A stretch of DNA of 64,000 nucleotides from Chloroflexota bacterium (GCA_964291655.2 OZ219801.1:766012-830011); one strand, 5' to 3'; counted from the first letter of the stretch, positions 1-10,209 are shown. The notes: generated by a model not told the origin, from the letters alone. Numbers and translations are program-made.

Positions 1-632
1 TTGTTCGTCGTCACACAGCCACCTTCGCCGCTGGTGAGATTCTTGCCGGCTTGAAAGCTCCAACCGGCCGCGTCGCCCAGCGAGCCGAGCTTGCCCTGGG
101 CATGCATGCCGCCGTGGGCGTGGGCGCAGTCCTCCAGCACCAGCAGACCGTGCTTGCGCGCGATGGCGTTGATGGCGTCCATATCGGCGGCCATTCCGCC
201 AAAGTGCACCGCGAAGATGGCGCGGGTCTTCTCCGTGATGTGGTCTTCAATCAGAGCGGGATTCAGGTTGTAGGTCTCCGGATCGATGTCCACGAAGACC
301 GGCACGGCGCCCACCTGCAGCGGCGCGCTGGCCGTCGCCATGAACGAGTACGGCGGCACAATAACCTCATCGCCAATCTCGACCCCGGCGGCACGCACTG
401 CAACCTCGAGCGCTGCCGTGCCGCTGCTCACGCAGAGCCCGTATTCACAGTCGTGGTAGCGCGCAAACTGCTGCTCGAATTCTCCCGTACGCGTGCCGCC
501 GCGCCGCCGGTTCCAGCGAGCGCTGCGCAGTACGTCCGTCACCGCGTCAACCGTTGCATCGTCTACCAGCGGCCAACTGCCGAACGGTGTTTGGCGCAGC
601 TTTTCGCCGCCATTTATCGCTAGCTTTGCCAC
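1..632 (-). CDS. DegT/DnrJ/EryC1/StrS-family PLP-dependent aminotransferase (5' part; runs off window start)
   Basis: Not in the ORF track. Manual translation from GTG at 632 gives MAKLAINGG...SSGTAALE...GDEVIVPPYSFMATA...FVDIDPETYNL...VHFGG...EDCAHAHG...WSFQAGKNLTSGEGG, and GAGGAG lies upstream. Confidence 0.9.
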   Translation of the reverse strand, partial: MAKLAINGGEKLRQTPFGSWPLVDDATVDAVTDVLRSARWNRRRGGTRTGEFEQQFARYHDCEYGLCVSSGTAALEVAVRAAGVEIGDEVIVPPYSFMATASAPLQVGAVPVFVDIDPETYNLNPALIEDHITEKTRAIFAVHFGGMAADMDAINAIARKHGLLVLEDCAHAHGGMHAQGKLGSLGDAAGWSFQAGKNLTSGEGGCVTTN

Positions 633-730
633 GGGCTCTACTCCTCGCTCACTGCGTATTGAAGGGCCTTTAGTCGTCATCAGTGTGGACTATAATAGCA
701 TGGGTGGCACCAAGGCGAACCTGTCTTTAA

Positions 731-752
731 AGCGCGGGGGCTAGTCCCCCGC
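731..752 (+). repeat. GTAG-type REP-like palindrome, family A (tag degenerate)
   Basis: agcgcgggggctagtcccccgc, near-identical to copies at 6698, 25912, 44986 and 52710. Confidence 0.8.
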
Positions 753-906
753 CTCTTGGCTTGCAGCGCCAAGACTCTAAGGAAGGCCGCTCTACTCGTC
801 CCTACGGCGCTACCAACTGTGCGGCAAACAACCTCCCGAGGCGCACGGGAGTGTAATCCGCAGTCTTGCAGCATAATCGTACCCGTCAACGCAAAGGAAC
901 GAAGTA

Positions 907-2046
907 ATGAAAATCGTCGACATGCACGTCCGCACGTTTACCTACGTCTCCCGCATCGTGCGGGATGCCGAGGGTCACACCCATCCGGGGCCCGAGCACG
1001 AGGCCACCCAATCGCTCCTCACCGTGGTCACGGACGACGGCGCTACTGGCTACTGCTTTGGCGCGCCTAGTCCTGCCGTGTTGGAAAGCGTCATCAAGCC
1101 CGCCATCATTGGCGAAGACCCCATGTACCGCGAGCGCATCTGGAAGACCCTGCACCACTGGCAGCGCATGTCCCGCGACCTGACCGATCGCGCGCTCGGC
1201 GCGGTGGACTTGGCAATCTGGGACCTGGTGGGCCGCGCCTTGGGCCAGCCGGTTTACAAGCTGCTCGGCGCGACCCGCGACATGGTGCCCGCCTACGCCA
1301 GCACCATGTGCGGGGACGAGATCCCCGGCGGCCTCAGCACGCCGGAGGAGTACGGGGCGTTCGCGTTGCGGTGCAAGGAACGCGGCTATCCGGCGTTCAA
1401 GCTGCATACCTGGATGCCGCCCATCGCCTGGGCGCCGGACCCGAAGATGGATGTAGCCGCCTGCGCCGCCGTGCGTGAGGCCGTGGGCGCTGACATGGAC
1501 CTCATGCTCGATTGCTACCACTTCTACAGCCGCGCGGACGCGCTCTACATCGGCAGAGCGCTGGAAGAGCTCGGCTACTACTGGTTCGAGGAGCCCATGG
1601 ATGAATTCAGCACCTCATCGTACATCTGGCTGGCCGACCAGCTCGACATTCCCGTGGTCGGCCCGGAGACCGCCGACGGCAAGCTGTACACCCGCGCCGA
1701 GTGGATCGCCCGCGGCGCGGCTGACATCAGCCGGGGCGGCGTGAGCGACGTGGGCGGCATTACGCCTCTCATGAAGGTCGTCCACCTCTGCGAGGCCTTC
1801 AGCGTGCAGATGGAGGTGCACGGCGGCGGGCCCGGCAATCTGCACGCCCTCTGCGCCATGAACTTCCCCGGCAAGTACTACGAGCGCGGCCTGCTGCATC
1901 CCCACATCGACTATGAGGAAGTTGAGCCCTGGCTAAACAGCAAGACCGACCCTATTGACGACACAGGCAACGTCCACGTCTCCCCAGCACCCGGCCTCGG
2001 CTGGGATATCAATTGGGACTACATCGACGCGCACACGGTGGCGTAA
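907..2046 (+). CDS. Mandelate racemase/muconate lactonising (enolase superfamily) enzyme
   Basis: GAVDLAIWDLVGR..GQPVYKLLG, FKLH, metal ligands DC..WFEEP..GPE, C-terminal PGLGWD. Confidence 0.9.
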   Translation: MKIVDMHVRTFTYVSRIVRDAEGHTHPGPEHEATQSLLTVVTDDGATGYCFGAPSPAVLESVIKPAIIGEDPMYRERIWKTLHHWQRMSRDLTDRALGAVDLAIWDLVGRALGQPVYKLLGATRDMVPAYASTMCGDEIPGGLSTPEEYGAFALRCKERGYPAFKLHTWMPPIAWAPDPKMDVAACAAVREAVGADMDLMLDCYHFYSRADALYIGRALEELGYYWFEEPMDEFSTSSYIWLADQLDIPVVGPETADGKLYTRAEWIARGAADISRGGVSDVGGITPLMKVVHLCEAFSVQMEVHGGGPGNLHALCAMNFPGKYYERGLLHPHIDYEEVEPWLNSKTDPIDDTGNVHVSPAPGLGWDINWDYIDAHTVA

Positions 2047-2232
2047 CTGCACGGAATTCCAAGGCTCTCACTGATGAGGATAGAATTACTTGCTTGTTCC
2101 TGCGAAGCTTCCGTTAGAGATTCTTACAACACCCTAGAGCGCGTGTCCGAGCGATAGGCTCCAAAACTCTTGACCATAGGCAAACCACGACACGCCTATG
2201 GTGAACAATCGACTGAGAGAGCGCCCATTAGG

Positions 2233-5200
2233 TTAACCATCGCCCGGATCTGGCGTGGGTGTCGGCGTCGGTGTTGGTGTAGGGGTTGGTGTTGGGGTTG
2301 GGGTCGGTGTAGGTGTAGGCGTAGGTGTAGGCGTAGGCGTAGGCGTAGGTGTAGGCGTAGGTGTAGGCGTGGGCGTCGGTGTAGGCGTAGGCGTCGGTGT
2401 AGGCGTAGGCGTCGGTGTAGGCGTAGGCGTCGGTGTAGGCGTAGGCGTCGGTGTAGGCGTAGGCGTCGGTGTAGGCGTAGGCGTCGGTGTAGGCGTAGGC
2501 GTCGGTGTAGGCGTAGGCGTCGGTGTAGGCGTAGGCGTCGGTGTAGGCGTAGGCGTCGGTGTAGGCGTAGGCGTCGGGGCACTCGGACACGTAAAGTTGT
2601 ATGTGTTTGAACTGCCCCATTCCGACCATGCCGCCCGGTACGTTTCGCCATCGCCGTACGCTTTCATTCTTGCAAATGCAAGCAAGGTGTTGCCGGCTTT
2701 GCTCGGCCAACAAATCATGTGGAACGTAGCTGGCACCCTTCCCCCCGCCAGGTTGGTGAAGCCACCGCCACCGGTGGTATTTAACTCAGCTTTGGTGATC
2801 CCGCTCGGCAGTTGGTATGACCAACTGAGCTTGACTACGGGTTGCGTCGGCCAGTAGTCAAACAACGCATGCACGATGGAGTGACTAAGCCCTTGCACAA
2901 CTGGCGCCGGGGGCAGTGGCAGTTCTTCTCCTGATGGCGTTGGCGTAGGCGTTGGTGTGAGCGTAGACGTCGGTGTAGGCGTTGTCCCCGGTACTAACGT
3001 GGGTGTGGGTGTTAGAGATGGAGTTGAGGTCGGCGTGGCGCGGACAGGGCAAGTTACGGAAATGGACCGCGTAGTTCCCGGGCCAAATTCAGGAAGATAA
3101 ACTTCGGCATCGCCCTTTGCCGAAGCCGTGACCGTGTAGCTAAAACTCTGACCACTTTGGCTGGGTGAACAAACAGGCACACTATGGTTCGACGCTTTAC
3201 TGCCCGTGCTCGATTGCCTTGACCAGGCTTCAGACAGGAGGTTGCCGCTAAACTTTATAGACTTGACCCCGTTAACATAAGTCAAAGATGCAACGACAGT
3301 GATACCGTAGTCATCGTGACTCACATCCCTTGAGGAGCTTGACAGGGAGAGCGAAGGCGCTGGTGGGGCAGTCAAGAGCGGCTGCGATGGATCTCGCGGG
3401 CACAGAACGGTGACCCTGGCAGTTGGGCTCCACCCAGTCCATACGGACTGGTACTTTTCTCCATCACCAAGCGCATCAACACTTATGCCGAATTTCCTGA
3501 TTTTGCCAGCTTCGCTGGGCAAGCACACCTCGATGCTCGTGGTAGGCGATTGTCCCGCTCTCCAGTAGATTACCCCACCGATGCCAGTAGTCTTTATTTG
3601 GGAGATTCCTGCCGGCCACGAATAGCTCCAACTGACCCTCACTGTAGGAAGGGTCGACCACGCCTCGTGGTTCGCTGCGATCACACTGTAGCCAATTGAC
3701 GCCACAACATCCGGTGGGTTAGGCAATGCGCCAGGCACCGGGGTCGGTGTCGGCGTGGGTGTAGGTGTCGGCGTTCGAATCGGTGCATTCGGACAGGTGA
3801 ATTGCGCAGAGGCACTTGGACCCCATGTAGACCATTCCGCCCGGTAATTTACTCCATCGCCGAATGTCTGCAATTGAATATTGGGTGTTCTCGACTGGCC
3901 GGCATGCCCCGGCTCGCAGAATCCAATTACATAGCTCGGCGTTTGTCCCGCAGACCAACTCGAGACATGATGTCCCCGAGACCTAACCTGGCTGACTCCG
4001 CTCGGCCACGAAAATGCGTACGTGACCAACATGGTTGGCCGCCCATCCCACGCGTTGTAGGCTTCTTCAATGAGTTGACTGCTCACGGACCCTGAAATAA
4101 CTGGCGGCAGCGTCAGATTCGGATTTGGCGTGGGCGTTAGTGTGGGTGTCCCTCCCGGAACCAACGTGGGTGTGGGTCTCGGCGTGACATCCGGACGGCT
4201 CGGACATACTACTGCCAAAGTTTGATTCGAACTCCAGGCACCATAGTCGGACCGGTAGGTCACACCGTCGCCAAGTGCGCTCGCAACCAATCGGAATGAC
4301 TTCGTGGTACCGGCTTCGCTAGGAAGGCACACTACAAGGCTATCTGTGAAATCTCTTTCCGCTGTCGACTCGGACCATGCCCCGCTTTTGCCCTCGATGA
4401 AAAGGTACTTTATTTTGGTGACCGAATCCGGCCACAAGACACTCGCCTTAATCGAATAGACTCCAAGATTCGACCAAGACTGATAGTTCGCATCAATTAT
4501 GCGAGCGCTAAGGGACAGCCACGGAGCAGGTGGGTAGGGCAGGATCGGAGTTGGCTCGGGCTCGAGAATAGGTAATGGCGGGAGGTTACTTGTACACACC
4601 ACAGCCTTGCCGGCACTCGAACTCCAGGGACCATAGTCGGCCCGGTAGGTCACACCATCGCTAAATGCCCGCGCAACCAATTGGAATGACTTCGTGGTAC
4701 CGCCTTCGCTCGGGAGACACACTGCAGTGCTCTTAGTAAACGAACGTCCCGCTGCCGAGGTAAATCTCCCCCCGCCCCCTTCGAAAATATACTCTATCTT
4801 TGTTACAGAATCTGGCCAAACAACATTCGCATCAATTGACCAGTAAGGCCGATTCGAACTTGCATATAGATACTCATCAATTATCCAAGTGGTGATGGAA
4901 ACCCACGGAGCCGGAGGCAACGGCAAGACATCCACCTTCGGGATTATCGGTGATGGCAAGGGCGCAATTGGAGGTGTGGAGGAAGCATTACTGGGGCCGG
5001 GTACAGCGACTGGCTGAGGCGATGCTGTCCTATCACCTTCGGACGCAACGTAGTCCGCTTCCCAGGAAAACCGCTCTGTGTTTAGGCGCTGCTGCAGGCC
5101 GTTCGGGCCGTTGACCCACGTACGGTGCCCGTCGGTAAAGGCGGTAAAGTTGTCGGCTTTGCGCCAGACCAGAAGACCGCCGGTTGTAAGTTGCGTGCTG

Positions 5201-5424
5201 TCACCGTGTTCGCTGTAACTCTCGTTTACTAAACACTCACCCACGGCATCATGGCCGATGAGATCACGTAAGGTCTTGAACCCAAGTACAATCTCGCAAT
5301 CGCTAGCCGCAACCGACGAGAGAGTCAGGGTAGTAACGGCCAACCCTAACAAGAGTCCTAAAGTAGCGCGCCACACTCGTTCCCGCACCACCCCAACCTC
5401 TCTTGCACACTCTTCCGGCTTCAA
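2233..5424 (-). CDS. Large secreted/surface protein: signal peptide, ~85-aa N-terminal domain, six ~110-aa two-Cys repeats, Pro-Thr linkers and (PT)54 tail
   Basis: 1063-aa ORF with hydrophobic leader ending SVAA|SDC and a repeated PP...WP...C.PS..G...GDG..Y...W...C motif; the true start may be a GTG near 5388-5391. Confidence 0.8.
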   Translation of the reverse strand: MKPEECAREVGVVRERVWRATLGLLLGLAVTTLTLSSVAASDCEIVLGFKTLRDLIGHDAVGECLVNESYSEHGDSTQLTTGGLLVWRKADNFTAFTDGHRTWVNGPNGLQQRLNTERFSWEADYVASEGDRTASPQPVAVPGPSNASSTPPIAPLPSPIIPKVDVLPLPPAPWVSITTWIIDEYLYASSNRPYWSIDANVVWPDSVTKIEYIFEGGGGRFTSAAGRSFTKSTAVCLPSEGGTTKSFQLVARAFSDGVTYRADYGPWSSSAGKAVVCTSNLPPLPILEPEPTPILPYPPAPWLSLSARIIDANYQSWSNLGVYSIKASVLWPDSVTKIKYLFIEGKSGAWSESTAERDFTDSLVVCLPSEAGTTKSFRLVASALGDGVTYRSDYGAWSSNQTLAVVCPSRPDVTPRPTPTLVPGGTPTLTPTPNPNLTLPPVISGSVSSQLIEEAYNAWDGRPTMLVTYAFSWPSGVSQVRSRGHHVSSWSAGQTPSYVIGFCEPGHAGQSRTPNIQLQTFGDGVNYRAEWSTWGPSASAQFTCPNAPIRTPTPTPTPTPTPVPGALPNPPDVVASIGYSVIAANHEAWSTLPTVRVSWSYSWPAGISQIKTTGIGGVIYWRAGQSPTTSIEVCLPSEAGKIRKFGISVDALGDGEKYQSVWTGWSPTARVTVLCPRDPSQPLLTAPPAPSLSLSSSSRDVSHDDYGITVVASLTYVNGVKSIKFSGNLLSEAWSRQSSTGSKASNHSVPVCSPSQSGQSFSYTVTASAKGDAEVYLPEFGPGTTRSISVTCPVRATPTSTPSLTPTPTLVPGTTPTPTSTLTPTPTPTPSGEELPLPPAPVVQGLSHSIVHALFDYWPTQPVVKLSWSYQLPSGITKAELNTTGGGGFTNLAGGRVPATFHMICWPSKAGNTLLAFARMKAYGDGETYRAAWSEWGSSNTYNFTCPSAPTPTPTPTPTPTPTPTPTPTPTPTPTPTPTPTPTPTPTPTPTPTPTPTPTPTPTPTPTPTPTPTPTPTPTPTPTPTPTPTPTPTPTPTPTPTPTPTPTPTPTPTPTPTPDPGDG
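2251..2577 (-). repeat. Coding tandem repeat encoding (Pro-Thr)54
   Basis: 6-bp period, with a perfect 18-bp higher-order unit ggtgtaggcgtaggcgtc over most of its length. Confidence 0.95.
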
Positions 5425-5579
5425 TTAGCCCGAACGGTACAGATTCACTAGAGAGCTCTGTTGGTACATTCATATCATTCAATGGTGCGATGCTAACACA
5501 TACATTAAATGGAGTAAAGTTCAATCACGATATGTTGCTACCAATACGTTCTAAACATCCGCGATTAGGCCCTGGCTGG

Positions 5580-6593
5580 CTACCAGGACGTGAGGTCGGC
5601 GTAGAGTTCTGACGGGATATGCACCACCTCGCCGGTGCGGGAGGACTCTTCGCACGCCAATGCTACGGCCACGATGTAGCGTCCCCAGAGGCCGTCGACA
5701 GGTGGGGGTGTATCGGTCTCGATGGAGTGAATGAGTCCGGCCAGCTCTAGCTCAAAAGAGTCTTTGCCGGAGACCGGCTGCTCGACGTACCGTGTGCCCT
5801 CGCTGAGCCAGAGGCGGTCGTCGCGGGTGGCGACGCGCATGCGTGCCTGCGTGCCGATGATCTCCACCTCGTTGCGCTCCGGGCCCTCTTGCGGATAGCC
5901 GGTGTGGTGCAAGGTGGCGTGGGTGCCATTGGCGAAGTCCAGCCATGCGAGGCCGGTATCGTCGGTATTCTGACCGACCATGGGATTGCTCACCCACGCC
6001 CGCACGGCCATAATCGGGCTGCCGATGAGCCACGTGAGGCGATCGAGCATATGGACTCCGTTCATGTACCACATGCCGCCCCCGCCCTCGGCGCGGTTGA
6101 GAAACCACGGCGGGCGGAATGCCAGGTCAAACGTGCGGTACCAGGTATCGGTGGCAAAGACCACAGTGCCTAATCTTCCGTCTTCGATGAGTTGCCTCGC
6201 TGCCAGGCCGGCCGGCACGAAGTGTTCCGTATGCGCCACGAGCAGCTTGACACCGGCATTCTCGGCGGCGGCACTAATCGCGTCGCAGTCCGCCACCGTC
6301 ATCGCCATGGGTTTTTCCAAAAAGACGTGCTTGCCGGCTTCACATGCCGCTACGGCGACCTCTGTATGCAGGTAGTGGGGCAGTCCGATCATAACGATGT
6401 CAACGCGCGGGTCCGCGAGTAGCTCGGCATGACTGGCGTAAGCCGTACACGGCTTGTTGTGCGCGAACTGCTCGCGACGTTGTGCATCCGGCTCTGCAAT
6501 CGCAACAAGCTGCGTCTCCGGCACTGCCGCAACTGCTGCCGCATGGCCGCCGCTCACTCGGCTTGCACCTATGATTCCTACTCCGTACGTCAT
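5580..6593 (-). CDS. Gfo/Idh/MocA-family oxidoreductase
   Basis: VGIIGA Rossmann start, AGKHVFLEKPMA, GGGMWYMNGVHMLD; ATG at 6593 with GGAG upstream. Confidence 0.9.
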   Translation of the reverse strand: MTYGVGIIGASRVSGGHAAAVAAVPETQLVAIAEPDAQRREQFAHNKPCTAYASHAELLADPRVDIVMIGLPHYLHTEVAVAACEAGKHVFLEKPMAMTVADCDAISAAAENAGVKLLVAHTEHFVPAGLAARQLIEDGRLGTVVFATDTWYRTFDLAFRPPWFLNRAEGGGGMWYMNGVHMLDRLTWLIGSPIMAVRAWVSNPMVGQNTDDTGLAWLDFANGTHATLHHTGYPQEGPERNEVEIIGTQARMRVATRDDRLWLSEGTRYVEQPVSGKDSFELELAGLIHSIETDTPPPVDGLWGRYIVAVALACEESSRTGEVVHIPSELYADLTSW

Positions 6594-6697
6594 GAATACT
6601 GCTCCCAAATGACTAACAATTTTGCCTCAGTCCCTGTGATCACGTCCCATTCGCAATGCGCCTTGCTTGAGACGGTGTGCGCGTTACGTGCCAGGTG

Positions 6698-6721
6698 GCG
6701 GGGGACAAGCCCCCGCGCTAC
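6698..6721 (-). repeat. GTAG-type REP-like palindrome, family A
   Basis: Reverse complement is GTAG-CGCGGGGGCTTGTCCCCCGC. Confidence 0.85.
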
Positions 6722-6880
6722 GGCTTGCCAGCAGGAATGAACCTAACACGCGGCAAGAAGAACAGTAGCCGAGCACAGGCCTGAGCCACGCGCACCGCTT
6801 CAGAATAGCAAAAGAGGCCGGTTCCCGTTCTCAGGATCCGACCTCAAGTCTCAAGGGTTGATTGCAGAGTCCGTAAAGAA

Positions 6881-7030
6881 CCGTTCGTGGTGAGCCTGTC
6901 GAACCGTTCGTGGTGAGCTTGTCGAACCGCTCGTGGTGAGCTTGTCGAACCGCTCGTGGTGAGCTTGTCGAACCATGAATGGTGAGCTTGTCGAACCGCT
7001 CGTGGTGAGCTTGTCGAACCATGAATGGTT
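6881..7030 (+). repeat. Tandem array of six 23-bp units of palindrome family B
   Basis: ccg(t/c)tcgtggtgagc(c/t)tgtcgaa at 6881, 6904, 6927, 6950, 6996 and variant ccatgaatggtgagcttgtcgaa at 6973; no spacers. Confidence 0.9.
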
Positions 7031-7057
7031 TGCAAGACAGATCCGCAATACCTTTTA

Positions 7058-7263
7058 CCCTTCGACAAGCTCAGGGCGAACGGAAGGAACCTAATGGCGA
7101 ACGGATTGAACCTCACGGCGAACTGATGAGACCTCACAGCGTATGGATGGAATCTCGCGGCGAACGGATGGGACCTAATGGCGAACGGATTGAACCCCAG
7201 GGTGAACGGATGGAATACCAGAATGGACGAATGGGAACTCACGGCGAGCGGATGATACGGATT
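7058..7263 (+). repeat. Inverted family-B unit followed by nine degenerate 21-bp tandem units
   Basis: cccttcgacaagctcagggcgaacgg, then ggcgaacggat-type units every 21 bp from 7075 to 7263. Confidence 0.85.
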
Positions 7264-7300
7264 ACAGCCCTCCGCCTGCAAACTCCCTCTCAGAATAGCA

Positions 7301-7338
7301 AAAGAGGCCGGTTCCCGAGCCCAGGAACCGGCCTCTTT
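7301..7338 (-). terminator. Rho-independent terminator downstream of the tusA-like gene
   Basis: Perfect 15-bp stem aaagaggccggttcc/ggaaccggcctcttt with a short T run on the minus strand; a degenerate duplicate lies at 6800-6845. Confidence 0.75.
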
Positions 7339-7357
7339 ACGAACACCAATTGCGTGC

Positions 7358-7645
7358 CTACTCCGTTACGTTCAGCGCCGCGAGCTGCTCCTGCAGGTTG
7401 GCAAGAAGCTCCTGTGGCTTGGCTTCCTTTTCGGACTTCTTCAAGGTCAGCCGCCATTCCGAATCGGCGGCTCCCTCGATGCTCGTCTCATAGCCGTTCT
7501 TCGCCGCTTCCCAGGGGATAGTGCCGAGCGCAGGCGCGTGGTCGGTGAGCACCTCCAGGGTCTCGTCACCGTCCAGCTTCTTCAACGCCTCAGCGGTCTT
7601 CATCATCGGATACGGGCAAATCTCGCCGCGCACGTCAATCTTCAT
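7358..7645 (-). CDS. TusA/YeeD-family sulfur carrier protein
   Basis: IDVRGEICPYP motif, LEVLTDH; downstream of a YeeE-family gene. Confidence 0.9.
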   Translation of the reverse strand: MKIDVRGEICPYPMMKTAEALKKLDGDETLEVLTDHAPALGTIPWEAAKNGYETSIEGAADSEWRLTLKKSEKEAKPQELLANLQEQLAALNVTE

Positions 7646-7758
7646 GGTTAACCGCTCCTGTCAAATGCGTTCATCTTCCTTAAGCCTTGTTCAAGCATTA
7701 TCGTATCACACCGGCGAAACAGCACCCGGGAACCAGCGGGTGAATTGGGCTGCAATTT

Positions 7759-7842
7759 CCCTTTACCCCGCCCTCTCCCCATGGAGAGGGAGTTTACTAT
7801 TCGATCAAGCCGCTGTGAATCTCAATCAAGCCGCTGTGCATC
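7759..7842 (+). repeat. Family-E hairpin (ccctctcc...ggagaggg) followed by two 21-bp direct repeats
   Basis: ccctttaccccgccctctccccatggagagggag, then tc(g/a)atcaagccgctgtg(a/c)atc twice. Confidence 0.6.
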
Positions 7843-7865
7843 CCACGCTTCTTACCTGGGCCGCA

Positions 7866-9122
7866 CTACGGAATGCGCTTGATCACCTGCACGCCGAGGT
7901 ACGCGCCCGGCAGCAACGAGAGACCGAATACCCAGCCGTTGAGCCCGAGAGACGGGATTGCCGAAAAGAACGCGCCGATGGTGCACCCAATCGCGATACC
8001 GGCGCCATACCCCATGAAGGTGCCGCCGATAACTGACTGCACGTAGCGCCGCTTCACCGGCGGCACCCGCACCTTGAATTCATTGGCGAGGAGGGCTGCG
8101 ACCAGCGCCCCGATAATGAGGCCGCCGTCCAGGAACAAGCCTTCACTCGTCCACCAAGAGCCCGTACCCAGAGTCAAGTTGCAGCCCGCGAGACCGTCCA
8201 CACCGAGCAGCGCCGGCGCTTGAATGCGTAAGAGGCCGCTGGCTATGCGGTCCGACCAGGCGGAGAGCTCACCGGTCACGCCCAAGGGACGGGAGTAGAT
8301 GTAAATGAAGACGTTTACGACGGCCAGGGCGATAGCGCCAACCGCAATCGGCCAACCCTTGACGAACACCACGTCGTATACTTGCCGCAGCTTTGCTCCG
8401 AGACTCATTGGGGGCATTTCACTCTTGCCGCCGAGCGCGAAGTTCGGCATGGGGCCGGAACGGTACTCCCACCAGTAGCTCAGCAGCACGATGCCGGCAA
8501 GCGCCAAGAGAGTCAGCGCCACCGCGCCGCCGTAGCCCAGCCACTTGGGCAAGAAGACCACCGGCATGTCGCTAATATGGTTCGTCCACCACCAGTTCCA
8601 GGTGAGCGTAGAGAGATATAAGCCAGCCAGAATTCCCGCCAGCGATGCCCATGACGCCACGTAGCCCTCGCCGATGCGGTACATCGTGCCCGACACGCAG
8701 CCGCCGGCAATCACCATGCCGAAGCCAAAAGCCACGCCACCCACCACGAGGTGCAGTCCAATGGGAATAACGTGCGCGGCGGCGGGTAAGGCGCCAAATG
8801 ACGGCTCCGGCACCATCATCTGCATGACCAGCCAGAACCCAATCGTGGCGACGCCAATCGCCACTGCCAGAGCTCGCATGGTGCTGGCGTCGCGCATGAG
8901 AAAGATGTCGCGGAAGCCGGAAGCAAAGCAAAGGCGACTGCGCTGGAGAATCGCCCCAAACGCCAGTCCAAACAGCCACATAACAGCTAAGGTGGAGTTC
9001 ACTACGGCAAGGTACGCCAGGAAAATCACAACTGCCGCCACCACGGCGACGCGCGTAACGACACGACCTGAAAGGAGTTGCCCCTGTGCGCTCGTCTCTT
9101 GGGCTTCAACATTTGTGCTCAT
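7866..9122 (-). CDS. YeeE/YedE (TsuA-like) thiosulfate/sulfur transporter
   Basis: Multi-TM protein with the three family Cys motifs LQRSRLCF, AGGCVSG and AIGCTIG. Confidence 0.88.
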   Translation of the reverse strand: MSTNVEAQETSAQGQLLSGRVVTRVAVVAAVVIFLAYLAVVNSTLAVMWLFGLAFGAILQRSRLCFASGFRDIFLMRDASTMRALAVAIGVATIGFWLVMQMMVPEPSFGALPAAAHVIPIGLHLVVGGVAFGFGMVIAGGCVSGTMYRIGEGYVASWASLAGILAGLYLSTLTWNWWWTNHISDMPVVFLPKWLGYGGAVALTLLALAGIVLLSYWWEYRSGPMPNFALGGKSEMPPMSLGAKLRQVYDVVFVKGWPIAVGAIALAVVNVFIYIYSRPLGVTGELSAWSDRIASGLLRIQAPALLGVDGLAGCNLTLGTGSWWTSEGLFLDGGLIIGALVAALLANEFKVRVPPVKRRYVQSVIGGTFMGYGAGIAIGCTIGAFFSAIPSLGLNGWVFGLSLLPGAYLGVQVIKRIP

Positions 9123-9510
9123 GGGTGTCTCTCACAGCCTAAAGGATTGCTGAAATTCCGTTTTCATCAATGCGCCTGCTGCACATGGTAGCACACGCAC
9201 GCGGTTGTACATGTATGCGAAACTACATTACAAGACTATGATGACTTAGTTGGTTCGATTTATCAAGTATATAGTGTTCACTGTACTCCCATTGCTTGCC
9301 CTGCATGCATTTACGACCTTGTTATGTGAGGCAAGCTTGGACCCATGAAGCGAGACGGTGGTTGCTCCGCTGAAGCAGCTTAGGTGCACCATTGCATCCG
9401 CTCCGGTTGACATAGTCTGACTGTTCCCGCTAGCGTGAATACGTCCCTCACAGCCAAAGCGGCGCGACCCGCAAGGCGCACGTAATGCCACAAACCATGC
9501 TGAACACTGA

Positions 9511-10209
9511 ATGGCTAATTCGGCAAGTGCCAGTTTTCATCTCGACATGAACCGTTGGTCTAGAATCCCACAGGCACTCTGTCTCGTGCTCTTCCCGCTC
9601 AGCTTCTTGCTGCTGAGCAACACGACCCTGCATCCGGGGTTTGCCGGGACGCCGGCGGAGCAGATTCGGGGCTTGGCTGCAGATGCCGCGAGATGGCAAT
9701 TGGTGCACGCCGGTCTGGCCGGAGGAAGCCTGCTGGGCTTAGGGGCCATCCTCACCCTCCGATCCCTGCTGCCTCGCCCGCGCATTGCCGCAAACGTCAT
9801 CACGGCAATCGGCATAGTAGCGACCACATTGCTGACTGGAGTATTCATGCAAGAGGCAATGGTCGTGCCGGAGCTTGCGAAGGCGTGCGTGGATTCCGGC
9901 GAGGCCTGCCTCTCTCTTGCCAACCAAGCGTTTGTAGACCGTTTCACCGATCTTGCCCTGAACCGTGTGCCGCTCCTGTTCCAAGGCGGGGCAACTTTAA
10001 TGGCGTCGATTTTCGCACTTGGCCTGGTGGGGCAGCGCGCGCGGGCGTTGGTCTTGAGGGAGTCGCTGCCGCTCATGGTGGGAGCGACGATCGTTTTTCT
10101 CTATGGCCCAGGATTGCACGGCGTACCGCTGGGACTGCCCTTCATCGGGTTCCTCATCCTGCTGGCCGGATTTGGTTTGCTGTCGATCCGGCTCTTGCGA
10201 ACACCATAG
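9511..10209 (+). CDS. Hypothetical integral membrane protein (~6 TM)
   Basis: 232-aa ORF with alternating hydrophobic segments and host-like codon usage. Confidence 0.65.
   Translation: MANSASASFHLDMNRWSRIPQALCLVLFPLSFLLLSNTTLHPGFAGTPAEQIRGLAADAARWQLVHAGLAGGSLLGLGAILTLRSLLPRPRIAANVITAIGIVATTLLTGVFMQEAMVVPELAKACVDSGEACLSLANQAFVDRFTDLALNRVPLLFQGGATLMASIFALGLVGQRARALVLRESLPLMVGATIVFLYGPGLHGVPLGLPFIGFLILLAGFGLLSIRLLRTP

Noticed and set aside
2170-2857. Arg/Cys-, Gly-Val-, Leu/His- and Ala/Tyr-repeat ORFs
   Set aside because: Alternative frames of the Pro-Thr coding repeat
6881-7263. CRISPR array
   Set aside because: Units are contiguous with no unique spacers, the same motif is dispersed as single palindromes, and no cas genes are in the window
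6831-7521. Several overlapping ORFs with repeated peptides (VRQAHHER, GERM/GERI)
   Set aside because: Open frames arise from tandem DNA repeats; no ribosome-binding site or protein-family motif
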